DNA from: Nemertoderma westbladi
Lineage: Eukaryota > Animalia > Xenacoelomorpha
NCBI GenBank assembly: GCA_032718475.1
Contig: JAUCBJ010002445.1
Span: 1 to 44,993 of the forward strand
Length of the DNA: 44,993 nt
Direction: 5' to 3'
Shown one piece after another: positions 40,501 to 44,993 of this stretch. The stretch's first letter is position 1; each line of letters begins with the position of its first letter. The position numbers were made by a program, and so were the translations under genes. Below the pieces are notes generated by a model that saw nothing but the letters and a program-made list of their open reading frames with translations, had not been told where the DNA came from and did not search any database.

Positions 40501-42897
40501 AAGGTCGGAACACTGGAAAGAAATAAAGTAAAGGTCGGAACACTGGAAAGAAATAAAGTAAAGGTCGGAACACTGGAAAGAAATAAAGTAAAGGTCGGAA
40601 CACTGGAAAGAAATAAAGTAAAGGTCGGAACACTGGAAAGAAATAAAGTAAAGGTCGGAACACTGGAAATAAATAAAGTAAAGGTCGGAACACTGGAAAG
40701 AAATAAAGTAAAGGTCGGAACACTGGAAATAAATAAAGTGAAGGTCGGAACACTGGAAAGAAATAAAGTAAAGGTCGGAACACTGGAAATAAATAAAGTA
40801 AAGGTCGGAACACTGGAAAGAAATAAAGTAAAGGTCGGAACACTGGAAATAAATAAAGTGAAGGTCGGAACACTGGAAATAAATAAAGTAAAGGTCGGAA
40901 CACTGGAAAGAAATAAAGTAAAGGTCAGAACACTGGAAAGAAATAAAGTAAAGGTCGGAACACTGGAAAGAAATAAAGTAAAGGTCGGAACACTGGAAAT
41001 AAATAAAGTGAAGGTCGGAACACTGGAAAGAAATAAAGTAAAGGTCGGAACACTGGAAAGAAATAAAGTAAAGGTCAGAACACTGGAAAGAAATAAAGTA
41101 AAGGTCGGAACACTAGAAAGAAATAAAGTAAAGGTCGGAACACTGGAAATAAATAAAGTAAAGGTCGGAACACTGGAAAGAAATAAAGTAAAGGTCGGAA
41201 AACTGGAAAGAAATAAAGTAAAGGTCGGAACACTGGAAATAAATAAAGTAAAGGTCGGAACACTGGAAAGAAATAAAGTAAAGGTCGGAAAACTGGAAAG
41301 AAATAAAGTAAAGGTCGGAACACTGGAAAGAAATAAAGTAAAGGTCGGAACACTGGAAAGAAATAAAGTAAAGGTCGGAACACTGGAAAGAAATAAAGTA
41401 AAGGTCGGAACACTGGAAAGAAATAAAGTAAAGGTCGGAACACTGGAAAGAAATAAAGTAAAGGTCAGAACACTGGAAAGAAATAAAGTAATGGTCGGAA
41501 CACTGGAAAGAAATAAAGTAAAGGTCGGAACACTGAAAAGAAATAAAGTAAAAGTCGGAACACTGGAAAGAAATAAAGTAAAGGTCGGAACACTGGAAAG
41601 AAATAAAGTAAAGGTCGGAACACTGGAAAGAAATAAAGTGAAGGTCGGAACACTGGAAAGAAATAAAGTAAAGGTCGGAACACTGGAAAGAAATAAAGTA
41701 AAGGTCAGAACACTGGAAAGAAATAAAGTAAAGGTCGGAACACTGGAAAGAAATAAAGTAAAGGTCGGAACACTGGAAATAAATAAAGTAAAAGTCGGAA
41801 CACTGGAAAGAAATAAAGTAAAGGTCGGAAAACTGGAAAGAAATAAAGTAAAGGTCGGAACACTGGAAATAAATAAAGTAAAGGTCGGAACACTGGAAAG
41901 AAATAAAGTAAAGGTCGGAAAACTGGAAAGAAATAAAGTAAAGGTCGGAACACTGGAAAGAAATAAAGTAAAGGTCGGAACACTGGAAAGAAATAAAGTA
42001 AAGGTCGGAACACTGGAAAGAAATAAAGTAAAGGTCGGAACACTGGAAAGAAATAAAGTAAAGGTCGGAACACTGGAAAGAAATAAAGTAAAGGTCAGAA
42101 CACTGGAAAGAAATAAAGTAATGGTCGGAACACTGGAAAGAAATAAAGTAAAGGTCGGAACACTGAAAAGAAATAAAGTAAAAGTCGGAACACTGGAAAG
42201 AAATAAAGTAAAGGTCGGAACACTGGAAAGAAATAAAGTAAAGGTCGGAACACTGGAAAGAAATAAAGTAAAGGTCGGAACACTGGAAATAAATAAAGTA
42301 AAGGTCGGAACACTGGAAAGAAATAAAGTAAAGGTCGGAAAACTGGAAAGAAATAAAATAAAGGTCGGAACACTGGAAATAAATAAAGTAAAGGTCGGAA
42401 CACTGGAAAGAAATAAAGTAAAGGTCGGAAAACTGGAAAGAAATAAAGTAAAGGTCGGAACACTGGAAAGAAATAAAGTAAAGGTCGGAACACTGGAAAG
42501 AAATAAAGTAAAGGTCGGAACACTGGAAAGAAATAAAGTAAAGGTCGGAACACTGGAAAGAATAAAGTAATGGTCGGAACACTGGAAATAAATAAAGTAA
42601 AGGTCGGAACACTGGAAAGAAATAAAGTAAAGGTCGGAACACTGGAAAAAATAAAGTAAAGGTCGGAACACTGGAAAGAAATAAAGTAATGGTCGGAACA
42701 CTGGAAATAAATAAAGTAAAGGTCGGAACACTGGAAAGAAATAAAGTAATGGTCGGAACACTGGAAATAAATAAAGTAAAGGTCGGAACACTGGAAAGAA
42801 ATAAAGTATAGGTCGGAACACTGGAAAGAAATAAAGTAAAGGTCGGAACACTGGAAAGAAATAATAAAGTAAAGGTCGGAACACTGAAAAGAAATAA
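37541..42897. repeat. 30-bp satellite, ~178 copies, filling most of intron 1
   Basis: Unit TAAAGTAAAGGTCGGAACACTGGAAAGAAA. The gene-sense strand reads TGTTCCGACCTTTACTTTATTTCTTTCCAG. Confidence 0.98.
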
Positions 42898-43269
42898 AAA
42901 AAACTTAAATTACAGAAAACTGTAGTAAGGGTAGTTGCAATTAATTCCATATTAAATATTATTTATTATAAAATATAAAATTTATTAATTTAATTAAGCG
43001 TCCAGAACGCCGATAAGTTAACCTTAACATTTAGAAGGCCCAGCTCAGTTCCAATACTATCACTAATAAATTAAAGTTTTCGTTAAAAATAATTACGATC
43101 TTCAAATCAAAGTTTATACGTATTTAATTTATATTATATTTTTTGTTTAACTCATTGGTGTATAGCTCGTTAAACTAATATAATATCGGCACGGAATTTA
43201 GAAAAACGGCTATTTATTTCGTAATAAAATAAATAAGTTATAATATCAACAACATCAATAAATATCAAC

Positions 43270-44376
43270 CTCAGACTGTTGGTTAGTGAAGCTTCCTGTG
43301 CAGCGGGATTCTTCCTTCCCTCCCGGGACAGTGTAGCCGACCCCAGCCGAACAGGCCTTTACGTTCGAGCAGAGCGAAGCTCGCACTTCCTCGGTGAGGG
43401 AGTACAGACAGACAGGAGAGCGATTAGAGTCGGGATCCGAGAAGGCGACCACCACCAGACGGGATGTGTTGGTGCCTGTTGGTTCTACTACCCCTGCTGG
43501 GGTGTACACCGCCGGGGTGGGTTGCACACTGGTGGCTGCCACCGCTGTCCTGTATGCGACTCCATCGAGAACACATTCCAATCGCGCCTCCATGTACTGC
43601 GGGGGGGTACTACGCAAACGAGGATCCATCATTAATGCCAACGAAGTGCTGTTGAAATTTGCGTCTATCGCTCTTCCAAGTTTTACCTGATAATTCCCGG
43701 TGGGATGGATGAAATTATGGAGATACGTGGAACTTCTGAAGTATTTCGTTTGCTCATTCGCTATTATTGTGAGTCTTGACATAAAAATTGCTGGACCCGA
43801 CTGACTATTTTCCGCGTCGACCGGCAATAAAAAAGTAGACACATCGAGGCTATTCACTTGCAAATAATGAAATTCTGAAGTAGGAGCTCCGCCCCCTTGA
43901 GCTGTTATGACAACCATAACTCTGGTGTCGTCGTAAAAGCCAACAAAAACGTCGACAGGACGATATTTCGCGAGATGATATTCTCCTCTATCGGGGTTTG
44001 TTTCATTCCGTCGGATATCCGATAGCTCGTGAATGTAGCAAAGACCATCATACAGAGTGCCACACGAAAGCAGTGCGTTAGGTTTATTGTCGGCCGCATC
44101 ATAAGGGAATTCAACAAGGACTATATTCCGGTTATCTGAAAGTGAACCACCACTAAGGCCTGGCCCAGTAATTTGTGTGACAAGATTATCGAGGTTGGAA
44201 TCAAGCTGATATAAGGCGTTTATAGCGCCGATGTAAACATTGGCGTTATCTGCGTCGACCACGATGTTACTAAGTTTGTTGGAAAGCGTTATTGATTTGT
44301 CTAGAACGGAGCTACCACAGTAGTGCCTGGTCAACACGCAACATAAGGCGATAATAAATGCTAAATGACCTGACAT
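43270..44376 (-). CDS. Plexin-like receptor, coding exon 1: signal peptide and most of the Sema domain (369 codons)
   Basis: The ORF MSGHLAFIIALCCVLT... has a hydrophobic N-terminus, then the plexin/MET Sema motifs VYIGAINALYQLDSNL, TGP, LLSCGTLYDGLC, YMEARLEC, VVVAFS and SPVCLYSL. Proposed phase-0 donor GAG|gttgat at 43269 joins in frame to the next exon. The ATG at 44376 is likely but not proven. Confidence 0.85.
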
Positions 44377-44993
44377 TGTTTCAACATATATAAACAAGAT
44401 AAATATTAATATTCCATTATTGTTTTATAATACTATCCCCTACACAATATACGCCTGCACTTACCGGTAGTCTAAATATTAATATAACATTCAGACATTG
44501 TATAGGCTATCTATATATGACAATACTTTGGCGTTATGTTTGGTTGTACTTGTGATAAATTAAATAGACAATTGTGAAATTAAATGTTTACTCCAAAATA
44601 AATGATTATAATATATTATTTGACTTAACCATTGACGAAGTACAGTAAGTACCTGCGGTAATACACAAATATTGTTATATAAACCAATAACTTAAGAACA
44701 CAGCAAATAGCTGAAGAGGCACACCAACTCCAACCTTGTCGTTGTCAACAGTTTAATAGACTCAATGTAATTCCTCATGTGTGCCAATCTCTAGCTTTTT
44801 ATTTACCAAGTGATCTACTCCATTAGGCCAGAACTAACTAAGAGGATCGACTGATTGGTTTAATGTCAAAACGTTCCATCCAATGAGAAGTCCTTTTCCT
44901 CTAGAGTAATTATTGGAATCTGAGAACCGCGATGCGGAGCCTATAGGTATTGAATATAATATAACAAATTCGGTCCCCACCAGGAGATGGCTT

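Noticed and set aside
37495-42950. Long ORFs with FPVFRPLLYF, VGTLERNKVK or SSVPTFTLFL repeats
   Set aside because: Open in several frames on both strands because the unit is 30 bp and low-complexity. They are frameshifted repeatedly and lie within intron 1.

Overview
Eukaryotic (metazoan, probably invertebrate) genomic DNA, about three quarters tandem repeat. Almost all long ORFs in the track are repeat artefacts. The real gene is a minus-strand, spliced plexin-like (signal peptide-Sema-PSI) receptor with four readable coding exons: 44376-43270, 37454-37263, 28551-28402 and 26779-26673. They join in frame through GT-AG introns (518 codons + 2 nt); the gene presumably continues beyond the left edge. 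Main observation: the >=26.7 kb 45-bp satellite (1-26715, ~590 copies) is an amplified copy of the 3' end of the PSI exon plus its 5' splice donor (CAG|GTAAGT), so intron 4 is a wall of tandem donor sites. The 5.4 kb 30-bp satellite filling intron 1 reads on the sense strand as a tandem array of branch point-like/polypyrimidine/CAG acceptors. Other intronic elements: a 17-bp and a 29-bp minisatellite, a ~590 bp tandem duplication, a 5'-truncated CRE-like non-LTR retrotransposon fragment and a small hAT-like MITE. Functional consequences for splicing are hypotheses, not observations.
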